Shown: positions 9,627-20,321, numbered from the whole stretch's first letter. The stretch: 64,000 nucleotides of DNA, filler included, from a bacterium (GCA_040757115.1; 9 parts of 9 records of this genome joined end to end with filler, not necessarily neighbours in it), one strand, 5' to 3'. Notes: a model not told the origin generated them from the letters alone. Translations and numbers: made by a program.

Positions 9627-10060
9627 TATTCTTCGTTCTTTTTTGTTTCTAAACTTTTACCCCAGATAGCGCCAATCACTAAACAACCAACAACCATTGT
9701 TATCAGTGTATAAATCAAACACGGTAAAGGAAATCGCATGTTAGTCACACAGAAGTCGGTTAGCATACCTGGTAATGCAGTTGCTATCCAGAGTAATAGC
9801 CCAAAGATAACACCTTTGGAAATTGGTTTTTGGGTTGGAATCCCTTTGTAAAATACAGGGTAAATAGCCGCAAGTAACAACCCTTGAACCAGATTCATCA
9901 CTGATAATCCAATGGTAAAAAGTGGAGAATCCATTGGTCTAAAAAGTTGTGAACAGCAATCATACCAATGGGCAAATATGCCACCATAGATTATCCCGCC
10001 TACGATTTGAGAAATAATCCCAAAGGCTAATCCGGCTACAAACCAGCGAACTACTTTCAT
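9626..10060 (-). CDS. Four-TM membrane protein (DUF1761-like)
   Basis: Four hydrophobic segments, AGGAGG RBS. Confidence 0.7.
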   Translation of the reverse strand: MKVVRWFVAGLAFGIISQIVGGIIYGGIFAHWYDCCSQLFRPMDSPLFTIGLSVMNLVQGLLLAAIYPVFYKGIPTQKPISKGVIFGLLLWIATALPGMLTDFCVTNMRFPLPCLIYTLITMVVGCLVIGAIWGKSLETKKNEE

Positions 10061-10086
10061 CCTTTCTCACCTCCTTAAGAAAAAAG

Positions 10087-10132
10087 GTAACTATTCAGCC
10101 ACAGATGGACACGGATGAAACACTAAAAATTC
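10087..10132. mobile_element. IS66-ended MITE arm cut by contig end
   Basis: GTAACTATTCAGCCACAGATGGACACGGATGAAACAC; reverse complement at ~12695-12731 and 15416-15461. Confidence 0.8.
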
Positions 10133-10234
10133 NNNNNNNNNNNNNNNNNNNNNNNNNNNNNNNNNNNNNNNNNNNNTTAATTAATTAANNNNNNNNNNNN
10201 NNNNNNNNNNNNNNNNNNNNNNNNNNNNNNNNTG

Positions 10235-11422
10235 CTTTCTCTTTTATCCTTAACTATTTCCTGGAATGTTAATGTCCGTGTAAAGGAATATTTTGCCTTA
10301 TTTTTAATCTTAGAGGCAGGGATGTTAGGGGTATTTATGGCATTAGACCTGTTTGTGTTTTATATCTTTTGGGAGTTGGTGTTAGTGCCAATGTATTTTA
10401 TCATTGGTATTTGGGGAGGGCCACGAAAGGAATATGCGGCGATTAAATTCATTCTTTACACCCTCATTGGCAGTCTTTTTATGCTGTTAGGCTTTCTGGG
10501 GATATATTTTAGCGTTCAGCCGCATACATTCAATATATTGGAATTATCCCAGAAACCGCAAATCTTCCAATCTACATTTGTCGCCAACATAGTCTTTTTA
10601 GCCCTTTATGTGGGGTTTGCGGTAAAGATTCCGGTGTGGCCATTCCATACCTGGTTACCAGATGCTCATGTAGAGGCACCAACCGCAGGCAGTGTAATTT
10701 TAGCCGGCGTCTTGTTAAAAATGGGCGCTTATGGTTTTTTGCGGGTTAGTCTGCCTATTTTACCTGAATGTGCCAAATATTTCGCCTATTTCCTGGCAAT
10801 CCTCGGGTTGATAAATATCATTTATGGTGCCTTTGTGGCTATGGCTCAGACGGATTTAAAGAAGATGATTGCCTATTCAAGCATAAGCCACATGGGCTAT
10901 GTTTTACTTGGCATTGCGGCTTTGACGCCAATAGGACTTAATGGTGCCTTGATGCAATGCTTTACGCATGGGATTGTTACCGGTTCTTTATTTATGTTGG
11001 TTGGGGTGATTTACGACCGTGCACATCTGCGAGACATCAATGCCTTTGGCGGCATAGCCAGGGTAGTGCCTGCGTATGCCTCCATTATGGGTATTGCCGT
11101 TATGGCCTCATTAGGATTACCAGGTTTAGCCGGATTTATCGGTGAATTATTATGTTTCTTAGGGGCATTCCCGGTATTTTCTATCATTACCGCGGCGGCG
11201 GTATTTGGTGTTTTAATCACGGCTATTTATCTTCTCTGGATGTATCGTCAGATATTCTTTGGCGACCTGAATGAAAAATATGCCAAACTGGTAGATTTAG
11301 ACATCCGCGAGTGGATTTCATTGACACCATTGATGTTTTTAATTGTGTTAGTCGGTCTATATCCAAAAGTAATTCTGGATATAATGAATACAACAATATT
11401 GCAATTAGCGGGGAAGTTTTAA
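10235..11422 (+). CDS. nuoM: NADH-quinone oxidoreductase subunit M, 5'-partial
   Basis: FYIFWELVLVPMY, VKIPVWPFHTWLPDAHVEAPTAGS, LLKMGAYG, SLGLPGLAGFIGE. Confidence 0.95.
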   Translation, partial: LSLLSLTISWNVNVRVKEYFALFLILEAGMLGVFMALDLFVFYIFWELVLVPMYFIIGIWGGPRKEYAAIKFILYTLIGSLFMLLGFLGIYFSVQPHTFNILELSQKPQIFQSTFVANIVFLALYVGFAVKIPVWPFHTWLPDAHVEAPTAGSVILAGVLLKMGAYGFLRVSLPILPECAKYFAYFLAILGLINIIYGAFVAMAQTDLKKMIAYSSISHMGYVLLGIAALTPIGLNGALMQCFTHGIVTGSLFMLVGVIYDRAHLRDINAFGGIARVVPAYASIMGIAVMASLGLPGLAGFIGELLCFLGAFPVFSIITAAAVFGVLITAIYLLWMYRQIFFGDLNEKYAKLVDLDIREWISLTPLMFLIVLVGLYPKVILDIMNTTILQLAGKF

Positions 11423-11427
11423 TAATT

Positions 11428-11643
11428 ATGAATATTAAAAAACATCCAAATCACAAGATATATCTCCAGGTGCTTCGTCAGATGTCACCTGAAGCAAGGT
11501 TGCTTAAGGCATTTGAGTTGTCAAAATTTGCTAAACAACTCTTTATTCATGGATTGCATAAAAGATTTCCCAATCTGGATGATGAAGAATTCAAAAAAAT
11601 ACTTTTGGAGCGTCTGGATAAATGTCACAACAAGAATTATTAA
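11428..11643 (+). CDS. Small helical protein, putative antitoxin partner of the downstream nucleotidyltransferase
   Basis: 71 aa, LRQMSPEARL motif, overlaps next gene. Confidence 0.65.
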   Translation: MNIKKHPNHKIYLQVLRQMSPEARLLKAFELSKFAKQLFIHGLHKRFPNLDDEEFKKILLERLDKCHNKNY

Positions 11644-12188
11644 AGAAAGTTATCCGTGTAATTAACCAGGAGGGAATTCCGTATATGCTCACAGGCTCTA
11701 TCGTTTCAAGTCTACAGGGTGAACCCAGATCTACTCATGATATTGATATGATTATTGCTATTCAAAAATCAAAAGTTCATGAGTTGATTAAAATCTTTTC
11801 TTTACCTGATTTTTATTTAGATGAAGAAAGTTTCCTTGATGCAATTGATAAACAAAGTATGGTTAATCTAATTGATTTAAAAGGGGGAGATAAAGTTGAT
11901 TTTTGGATATTGACGGATGAACCTTTTGATCAATTACGGTTTTCTCGCAAAATTACTGAAAAATTTATGGGGATAGAAATTCAGGTTTCAAGCCCAGAGG
12001 ATACAATCTTAGCCAAATTGAGATGGGCGAAGTTATCCGGTGGAAGTGAAAAACAATTTACTGATGCTTTGCGGGTATATGAAGTTCAATATAGCAAATT
12101 AGATTTAGACTATTTAGAACATTGGACAAAGATATTAGGTGTTGAATCATTATGGAAACGCTTAATAAGTGAAGCAGAAATTATATAG
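11622..12188 (+). CDS. Pol-beta-superfamily nucleotidyltransferase (AbiEii/DUF6036-like putative toxin)
   Basis: GS...GEPRSTHDIDM motif, SPEDTILAKL, KQFTDA. Confidence 0.8.
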   Translation: MSQQELLKKVIRVINQEGIPYMLTGSIVSSLQGEPRSTHDIDMIIAIQKSKVHELIKIFSLPDFYLDEESFLDAIDKQSMVNLIDLKGGDKVDFWILTDEPFDQLRFSRKITEKFMGIEIQVSSPEDTILAKLRWAKLSGGSEKQFTDALRVYEVQYSKLDLDYLEHWTKILGVESLWKRLISEAEII

Positions 12189-12297
12189 TTGACGCACAAC
12201 CATCAACATTTTTGTTATCAACAAGAGTTTGAAGACTATATTGGGGCAATATTGTGTTTGTCGGACTATATCCAATGGTAGTTTTAGATTTTTGATG

Positions 12298-12731
12298 GTA
12301 ACCGTTCAGGTCAAGTTTTTTCTTTGACAGGATGGACATGATAGACAGGATGTTAAGAATAGATTATCTGGTTTTCTCTCCTTTGCGATTTATCCTTTTT
12401 TAACCGCAAAGAACTCAAAGATTAAAGACAAAAGGAATCATAAAAAATTCACGAAACTTCAGGTAACTATTCAGCCACTGATTAACACGGATTAGCACGG
12501 ATAAATACAGAGAGCAAAAGGTAGAGGGCAGAGGGGTTGTCCCCCGCTGGCGGGGGTTAGGGGGTGGAAATTTCCTCCACTGGCAGAGAATCAAGCAGGA
12601 TAGAAGATAAAAGTCAGAAGGAGAAAAAACCTTCAGCCTTCAGCCTTCAGTCTAATTACGGACACGGAAAACGGACACGGATTATGAATTTTCAGTGTTT
12701 CATCCGTGTCCATCTGTGGCTGAATAGTTAC
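12298..12731. mobile_element. Stacked IS66-ended MITEs (left ends 12298 and 12463, right end 12731) carrying palindromic and heptamer repeats
   Basis: GTAACCGTTCAGG, GTAACTATTCAGCC...GGCTGAATAGTTAC; 12463-12731 is the inverted counterpart of ~32900-33128. Confidence 0.8.
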
Positions 12732-12814
12732 CAATATTTAAAGGTAATCTTGTAGTTGTAGTAAAAGATTGTAAACCAGGATTTATTATTACCGTGAACA
12801 AGGGGTAATTATTT

Positions 12815-13048
12815 ATGGAATGTCCCAATGGTTGTTTATCTCCGATGGAGGTGAGAAAAAGTGAAAAACTTTTTCATCGCTACGGCAAACCAATCATTAT
12901 TTCGGATTTGATTATTTATGTATGTCCAAATTGTGGGCAGGAATCAATACCATTGTCATCAGCAAGAAAGATAGAAGTTATTTTAAAAGGAATAGTTAAG
13001 TCATCTGGTAAATTCACGGCTGATTTATACGAAATGAGTTCTGTATAA
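12815..13048 (+). CDS. YgiT/MqsA-type zinc-finger protein (antitoxin-like); a possible toxin remnant (…GFIITV) lies just upstream
   Basis: CPNGC...YVCPNCGQE...ARKIE pattern. Confidence 0.78.
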   Translation: MECPNGCLSPMEVRKSEKLFHRYGKPIIISDLIIYVCPNCGQESIPLSSARKIEVILKGIVKSSGKFTADLYEMSSV

Positions 13049-13114
13049 TGCATTGTAACACAAATTATGAACTTGTGCGGATATAAACAAAATAACCAAA
13101 GGAAAATAATCTGA

Positions 13115-13362
13115 TATTCTCTATAATTACAGCAGTGGCTGTCTTTGGGGTTTTAATCACGGTTATTTACTTTCTCTGGATGTATCGTCAGATATTCTTT
13201 GGCGACTTAAACGAAAAATATACTAAACTGGTAGATTTAGATATTCGTGAATGGATTTCATTGACACCATTGATGTTTTTAATCATATTAGTCGGTCTAT
13301 ATCCAAAGGTAATTTTAGATGTAATGAATGCAACGATATTGCAATTAGCGGGAAGATTTTAA
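13115..13362 (+). pseudogene. nuoM: Diverged duplicate of the nuoM 3' end
   Basis: Aligns with 11175-11422 (WMYRQIFFGDLNEKY...LQLAG.F); no 5' part present. Confidence 0.92.
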
Positions 13363-13379
13363 AAGAAGGAAAAAGAATT

Positions 13380-13631
13380 ATGTCAAATGATATCTATTGG
13401 AAGGAATTTATACATTCAGACCCAGAAATTTTACTTGGGAAACCAGTAGTGAAAGGAACAAGGCTGGCAGTTGAATTTATTTTGGGACTTTTGGCACAAG
13501 GTTGGACAGAACAACAAATACTTGAAAATTATTCTACATTAACACCGGAAAGTTTACGTGCCGTTTTTGCGTTTGTTACAGATTGTATGCGTGAGGAATT
13601 TTTATATTCCATACCCGCAGAGGCAGCTTAA
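13380..13631 (+). CDS. DUF433 family antitoxin
   Basis: SDPEILLGKPVVKGTRLAVEFIL...ILENY..LT. Confidence 0.9.
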   Translation: MSNDIYWKEFIHSDPEILLGKPVVKGTRLAVEFILGLLAQGWTEQQILENYSTLTPESLRAVFAFVTDCMREEFLYSIPAEAA

Positions 13632-13993
13632 TGAACTTTTTAGCAAATGAAAATTTCCCATTGCTTAGTATCCAAATGTTAAGAAGAGCAGGTTATAATA
13701 TAGCGAGTATACTTGAAGAAACACCTGGTGCAAAAGACATAGATATTTTAAAACGAGCTCAAAAAGAAAATCGTGTTATTTTGACATTCGATAGAGATTA
13801 TGGGGAATTGATTTACCAACACAGACAATTTGTATTTGCTGGAGTTTTATATTTTAGATTTGAACCTGCAACTCCAAAAGAACCTGCTGAAATATTACTA
13901 AAGATATTACAGAAAAAGGAAATACTTATAAATGGAAAATTTACAGTTGTGGAAAGAAGTAGAATCCGTCAACGTTCCCTCACAGACATTTGA
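13631..13993 (+). CDS. DUF5615 PIN-like toxin
   Basis: FLANENFP...GAKDIDIL..AQKENRVILTFDRDYG. Confidence 0.9.
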   Translation: MNFLANENFPLLSIQMLRRAGYNIASILEETPGAKDIDILKRAQKENRVILTFDRDYGELIYQHRQFVFAGVLYFRFEPATPKEPAEILLKILQKKEILINGKFTVVERSRIRQRSLTDI

Positions 13994-14065
13994 TAGTATG
14001 CTGTTAAAAAGTAAATAAGTCAGTTTAAATCCGATAACAATACCAAACATATTTGGAGGAAAAAA

Positions 14066-15191
14066 ATGATGGACTGGAGTAAATTTGATTGGTCTTTATT
14101 AGGGCCAGAAATAACTTTATTTGCAACGGCTATATCTATACTTGTTATTGACCTGTTTTTGCCAAAAGGTAAGGATAGAACTATCCTGGGTTGGTTAGGA
14201 GTAATTGGCTTGATATTTGGTTTTATCACTACCTTAACCTTAAAATCAGGTGAGATTTTTGGTGGAATGTTTGTCATTGATAAGTTAGCCGTCTTTTCTA
14301 AACAATTATTGCTGGCGATAACTGGGTTAGTGATATTATCTTCATTAGCCTATGTTAAAAAACTTCCAGCTAACCAGGGGGAATACTATTACCTTTTAGT
14401 TTTTGCTACGATGGGGATGTTATTTATGACTTCTTGTGCAGAGTTTATTAGCATCTTTATCTCCTTAGAACTTGCCAGTTTATCCTGCATCATCCTCACT
14501 GGTTATTTAAAGAAAGACCCCAAATCTTGTGAGGCGGGGGTAAAATATCTTTTATTTGGGGTATTATCTTCGGCTATTCTACTTTATGGCATAAGTTTCC
14601 TCTACGGATTAACCGGGTCAACATTCCTTAAAGACATATCCCCGGATACTCTGAGTCCAATAGTCCTTTTAAGCATAGTTTTATTAATGGCTGGGTTTGG
14701 GTTTAAGATTGCCGCAGCACCATTCCATATGTGGGTTCCTGATACCTACGAGGGAGCACCTACACCGATTACCACCTACCTTGCCACGGCATCGAAGTTA
14801 GCGGGATTTGTAGTCATTCTGCGGGTCTTTTTAGTCTGTTTTGTGGATATAAAGGTAGATTGGTTACCCTTGATGGCGGTTTTATCAGTGCTTTCTATGG
14901 GGCTTGGCAATCTATGTGCCTTACCTCAAACAAATATCAAACGAATGCTGGCTTATTCCAGTATCGCTCATGCGGGATATATTCTGATTGGATTAGCAGT
15001 TACCACAGAACTGGGGATAGGTTCAATTATACTTTACCTTTTAGTTTATTCATTAGCCTCACTTGGTGCCTTTTTAGTCGTCATTGCCTTTTCTAATCAA
15101 ACAGGAACAGATGAAATTTCGGATTACGCCGGGCTATGGAAAAGAGCACCTCTTTTAGCCTTAGCGATGTTACTTAGTTTAGTTTCAATGG
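14066..15191 (+). CDS. nuoN: NADH-quinone oxidoreductase subunit N, 3'-partial
   Basis: EAGVKYLLFG, FKIAAAPFHMWVPDTYEGAPTP, QTNIKRMLAYSSIAHAGY. Confidence 0.95.
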
Positions 15192-15291
15192 NNNNNNNNN
15201 NNNNNNNNNNNNNNNNNNNNNNNNNNNNNNNNNNNTTAATTAATTAANNNNNNNNNNNNNNNNNNNNNNNNNNNNNNNNNNNNNNNNNNNN

Positions 15292-15461
15292 ATTGTGGAA
15301 AACAACAAATTTCCATAAATTTCTATTAGTTTCTATTAATTTCAATTTTTTTAATAATATCTCCCTATCTCCTTAATCTCCACATCTCCTTTTGTTACAC
15401 CACCTGAACGCTTACGAATTTTTAGTGTTTCATCCGTGTCCATCTGTGGCTGGATAGTTAC
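15292..15461. mobile_element. Two nested IS66-ended MITE ends (15403-15415 and ending 15461) directly upstream of tRNA-Gly
   Basis: CCTGAACGCTTAC followed by GAATTTTTAGTGTTTCATCCGTGTCCATCTGTGGCTGGATAGTTAC. Confidence 0.8.
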
Positions 15462-15479
15462 CATCAATTTAATAATTGA

Positions 15480-15554
15480 GCGGCCGTAATTCAGTGGTAG
15501 AATGCAAGCTTCCCAAGCTTGACGTCGTGGGTTCGAGTCCCATCGGCCGCTCCA
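15480..15554 (+). tRNA. tRNA-Gly(CCC)
   Basis: Acceptor GCGGCCG/CGGCCGC, anticodon arm CAAGC-TTCCCAA-GCTTG, TTCGAGT T-loop, 3' CCA. Confidence 0.97.
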
Positions 15555-15661
15555 GCTATTTGATTTCACTACAATAATAAAAAAAATTAAATTTTTTTCT
15601 TGACAAATTTACCGAGTTTATGATATATTATTAATTACAATTCAAATTCATTATTTGAGAA

Positions 15662-15702
15662 TAAAAAAGGGAGGGTTTTTTTATAAATCCTCCCTTTTTT
15701 AT
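15662..15702. terminator. Hairpin with T/A tails, probable bidirectional intrinsic terminator
   Basis: AAAAAAGGGAGG...CCTCCCTTTTTT. Confidence 0.6.
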
Positions 15703-15833
15703 TCGAAGATTCCTGGATAAAAATTGGGAACAAGGTGCAAGAAAAAAGGAACAAGATGCAGAAGAGAAAAACTTTGTTTCTTGAACCTACTGTCTTACTC
15801 CACCGGGGTAAATAATTACAAAAGGAGTCTATT

Positions 15834-16133
15834 ATGGGTAAGGAATTATATGACTATCTACTTAATCAGAAGTATATATTATTTGCTTATTTATTTAACC
15901 CTAAAGACCAACCAATAAATGGGCAGATTGATTTAGCTGTGGTCTTGCAAGATGGTTTGAGTAATTTTAAAAAGAGTCTCTTGCGATTTAAATTGAGGGT
16001 TGACCTGGCGAATATCCTTGAAAAATCCGTAGATGTGACGATATTAAATAATACTTCACCTGTTTTAAGACAACAGACAATTAAATTTACTCAACCAATA
16101 TTTGTTCGCAATCCAGAGCTAAATGTAGCATAA
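15834..16133 (+). CDS. MntA-like minimal nucleotidyltransferase with degenerate active site
   Basis: ILFAYLF...IDLAV...VDVTILNNTSPVLR fold pattern; GS and first Asp of DxD missing. Confidence 0.65.
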   Translation: MGKELYDYLLNQKYILFAYLFNPKDQPINGQIDLAVVLQDGLSNFKKSLLRFKLRVDLANILEKSVDVTILNNTSPVLRQQTIKFTQPIFVRNPELNVA

Positions 16134-16338
16134 ATAAAAAGGGCTTCAACTGGTAACTGGTAAGTGGTAACTAATTACCATTCACCGGTTACTATTTACC
16201 AAATAAGGTTTCAGGAAATTAAAAGCAAATAATCGGTTAATTGGTAATTGGTTAAATATCTTCGTCGTGAGTTCAGCCGAACGGTATTTAATTACCATTC
16301 ACCAGTTACTATTTACCAAATATAAGGAGAGCGAGAAG

Positions 16339-19300
16339 TTGAAATCAAAAACTGTTGGGATAATTTTTGGCATTATATTTTCTATCTTTCTTAGTAAAGA
16401 AGTTATCGCCCAACCAACTATTACCAGTATTAATCCAAACATCGGCATAAATAGTGGCACGATGAGTGTAACCATTAGAGGTTCTAATTTTCAATCTGGA
16501 GCCACGGTTACCCTTACTCAAGCAAGCACTTCTATTATTGGCACATCTACATTTATTGAATCGGGAACAATTACCGCCGTCGTTGATTTAAAAAATGTTC
16601 AAATCGGTAGTTGGACCGTCTTCGTTACTAACCCTGGTGGTCAAACCGGAACATTGACCGATGGATTTAGAGTTATACCCCAATTGTTGATTACGGAAGT
16701 TTATTACGACCCTGTAGATGAACTGCAGGAATTCGTCGAGATAAGGAATAACACACCATATTTAATTGACCTTTCAGGATACTACCTCTCAGATATAGAA
16801 GGAACTCATACATTTCCTGCCAATAGTGTTCTTCTTCCCTATGGAACGATGACTGTGGCACAAAGAGGAACAGTATGCTGCGCCGCTTTTGGTAAAAATC
16901 CAGATTTTGAATTGAATAATACCGACTCCAATATCCCGGATGTAACAAAAATAACAGGCTGGACAATTGAATTAGCTAATGGGGGTGATGAAGTTATATT
17001 GTCGGATAATTTTAAAACCGTGATAGATGTGGTTGTTTATGGAGGCGGTTCTTATCCTGGGGTCACGGCACATTCAGGGGTAACTGAAGGCAACTCCTTA
17101 CATCGCCAGCCACCTCATCAGGATACAAACGATTGTAGTGTAGATTTTCAAGGAGGCAGTCCTACCCCAACCACTCAAAGAACTAATATTAACCTGAAGA
17201 TAAACAAATACAAATATCCTGCCGGCGATGCCTCTATCGGAGAGAGAATTACATATCATATTTACTATGAGAATCCTGATGCTACTACCATTTATAATGC
17301 TAATATTACCGACCTGTTACCAGATGAAGTAGATTATAGTGGTAGTACTGATACCACTGGTGTCTCGCCAACGGTATCAGGTAAAAAAATCACCTGGGAG
17401 ATAGAAACATTATCTACTGGAATAAACAAAATTATTTTATATGGTACACTGACAATAACCGCAATGGGCTCAAGAACCTTTCTGAATCTCGCCAGTATTA
17501 CGACTAATTTACTTTGTTATGATGAGCAAGATTGGAACGATAATTATGCCTCCTGCTCAACACATATCACCTCACCAGTCAGTAACTTATGGATAAAAAA
17601 GATAGGAACAGAAAATATCCCTACGGGCAATCTCATTGAATATCAAATAACCTATGGTAATAAAGGAAGTTATACTGTAGGTAGTGTGACGATTACTGAC
17701 CTTTTACCTGATGGTGTAAGTTATAGCTCTGATACCAGTAGTCTATCAGGTACTATTTCGGATAATAAAATTACCTGGTTTATCGGCACATTATCTGCTG
17801 GGGCATCAGGCACATTTACTTTATATGGAACTGTTTCGACGCTCGGTTCTAACACAATTGTTAATATTGCCAGTATTACGGGGACATGTTATTTTGAGCA
17901 AGATGAAAGTGATAATGTGGCTACCTGCTCTACCCATATTCAGGGCATAGCGGCTGACCTGTGGATAAAAAAAATAGGCACAGACAACATTATGCCTAAA
18001 AAGAGAATTACCTATACGATTACTTATGGTAATAATGAGAATTATAAAGTCGGCAGTGTCAGTATCACTGATTTATTACCTGATGGTCTAATTTATTGTG
18101 ATGATGATTGTGCCTTTACAAAGAGTATTTCAGGGAATAAAATTAAATGGTTAATAGGGACATTGTCTGCAAGGGAAGCAGGGACAATTACTTTGTATGG
18201 TTCTGTAACTGCTCTGGGCTCAATTACCATAATTAACAGTGCCAGTATCACCAGTGCCTGTTATCCAGAAAGCAATTTCAGTAATAATATGGCTACCTGC
18301 ACGACACATATCGTGGCTCCCCCGGGTAATCTCTGGATAAGCAAGTATAGTAGTGTCAGTGAAATTCTTCCAGAGCAGGTCATCAAATATGATATTTACT
18401 ATAAAAACAAGGGTAGTTATACTGTCGGCAGTGTAACGATTACAGATTTATTACCTGATGGCATAATCTATCGTTCTGATAATAGCGGCTTGCCAGTAAC
18501 TATTTCCGGAAATAAAATTACCTGGTTTGTAGGAACATTATCTCCAGAGGGAGGTAGTTATGATTTTCAATTATATGGCACTGTTACAGCCTTTGGTTCT
18601 ATGACCCTTATCAATATGGCCAGTATTACAGGTGTCTGTTATATTGAGCAAGATGAAAGTGATAATTTTGCTACAGCCTCAATTCATGTAACCTCACCCC
18701 CAGGTAATTTATGGATAGAAAAAATAGGTCCAGGAAGTATTACGACCCAGGATGTAATTGAATATCAGATAAAATATGGCAATAAGGGAACTTATACCGT
18801 TGGAAGTGTGACAATTACTGACATTTTACCCGATGGAGTAAATTATGGGACTGATACAAGTGGTTTGTTAATAGGGACTTGCGGAAGTAATTTTATTACC
18901 TGGTTTGTGGGCACATTGTCCCCGGGTGTATCTGCCACATTTACTTTATATGGCACGGTGACGGCAGCCGGGTCTAAGACTATTATTAATATTGCTACTA
19001 TCACCGGCACCTGTTATGTTGAAAATGATAACAGTGATAATCTCGCAACCTGCTCAACCCATGTTAAAGGCACTTTGACTGATTTGTGGATAATGAAGGA
19101 AGTTCTGGGTAGTGTGACGACGGCTGAGGCAATTGCTTATAAAATAACCTATGGGAATAACGGTAGTTTTACTGTTGGCAGTGTCAGTATTACCGATTTA
19201 TTACCTGATGGCGTAAGTTATAGTTATGATAATAGTTCTTTCTCAAAAAATATTTCAGGCAATGAGATTATCTGGTCAATAGCCACATTAGCACCAGAAG

Positions 19301-20221
19301 AGAGAGGTTCATTTACCTTGTATGGAACCGTCACTGCACTGGGCTCAACGACTATTATCAATATCGCCAGTATCACCAGTCTGTGTTATCCTGATAAAAA
19401 CTGGGCTAATAACATCGCCACCTGTTCTACACATATTTCAGGCACGCAAACTAATCTCTGGGTAAAAAAATACGCACCAGCGAATGTTATTGCTGGTGAA
19501 AGAATTACCTATGATATCTGGTATGGTAATTACGATAAAGTAGGCGTCCGAAATGTTAAAATCATTGATGAATTACCAGAAGGAACAAGTTATAGTAGTG
19601 ATGATAGTGGATTACAAACAAATATATCAGGAAATAAAATTACCTGGTTTATCGGGACATTATCCGGACAGGTCTCAAGGACATTTTATTTGTATGCAAC
19701 GGTAACAACTTTTAATTCTGTAAAAATAGTTAATTCCGCAACCATTACGGGTGAATGCTACATTGAAAAGGATTTAAGTGATAATGTTACTCGGGGAACA
19801 ACAACTGTTTTTGTGGGTAAGATTTCCATTACCCCAACTGCCGGAACCGTGGGAAGTATAATTACAGTCCTTGGTAGTGAATTTAGTGCGACTGAAGGGA
19901 TACTGATTAGTTTGGGAAATACTTTAAGTATTGCCGTTGTGACAACAAATGCATCTGGCACCTTCACCACAACCTTCACCATTGATACCCAACCTTATGG
20001 TACCTACACGGTTAAAGCCATAGGACTAACTTCTAATCTAAAAGCAATAGATTTATGCAGAGTTTTACCAAACATAATTTTAGTCACTCCCACTCAGGGC
20101 ACAGTTGGGAGTTTTGTGACGGTAAGGGGTAATGGATTTGGAGGGAGTAAGACAATCAGGGTTGATTTTGGGAGGAGGGTGGATATTCAACAGACCTCAA
20201 GCGATGTCGCTGGTAGATGGA
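16339..20221 (+). CDS. Secreted protein with IPT/TIG domain, lamin-tail domain and seven DUF11 repeats, 3'-partial
   Basis: TTG start after AGGAG; signal peptide; PTITSINP; LLITEVYYDP...EFVEIRN; repeats NLWIxK...ITYxIxYGNxG...VTITDLLPDG...NxAxI...DNxA. Confidence 0.85.
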
Positions 20222-20321
20222 NNNNNNNNNNNNNNNNNNNNNNNNNNNNNNNNNNNNNNNNNNNNTTAATTAATTAANNNNNNNNNNNNNNNNNNNNNNN
20301 NNNNNNNNNNNNNNNNNNNNN

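Noticed and set aside
12188-14045. Possible truncated attC halves (…AAC) after TA stop codons at ~12195, ~13055, ~14030 and also ~60000
   Set aside because: No complementary L'/R' half could be identified; too short to support
15480-16133. tRNA-Gly as an integration site of a genomic island
   Set aside because: No integrase and no duplicated tRNA 3' end visible on this contig
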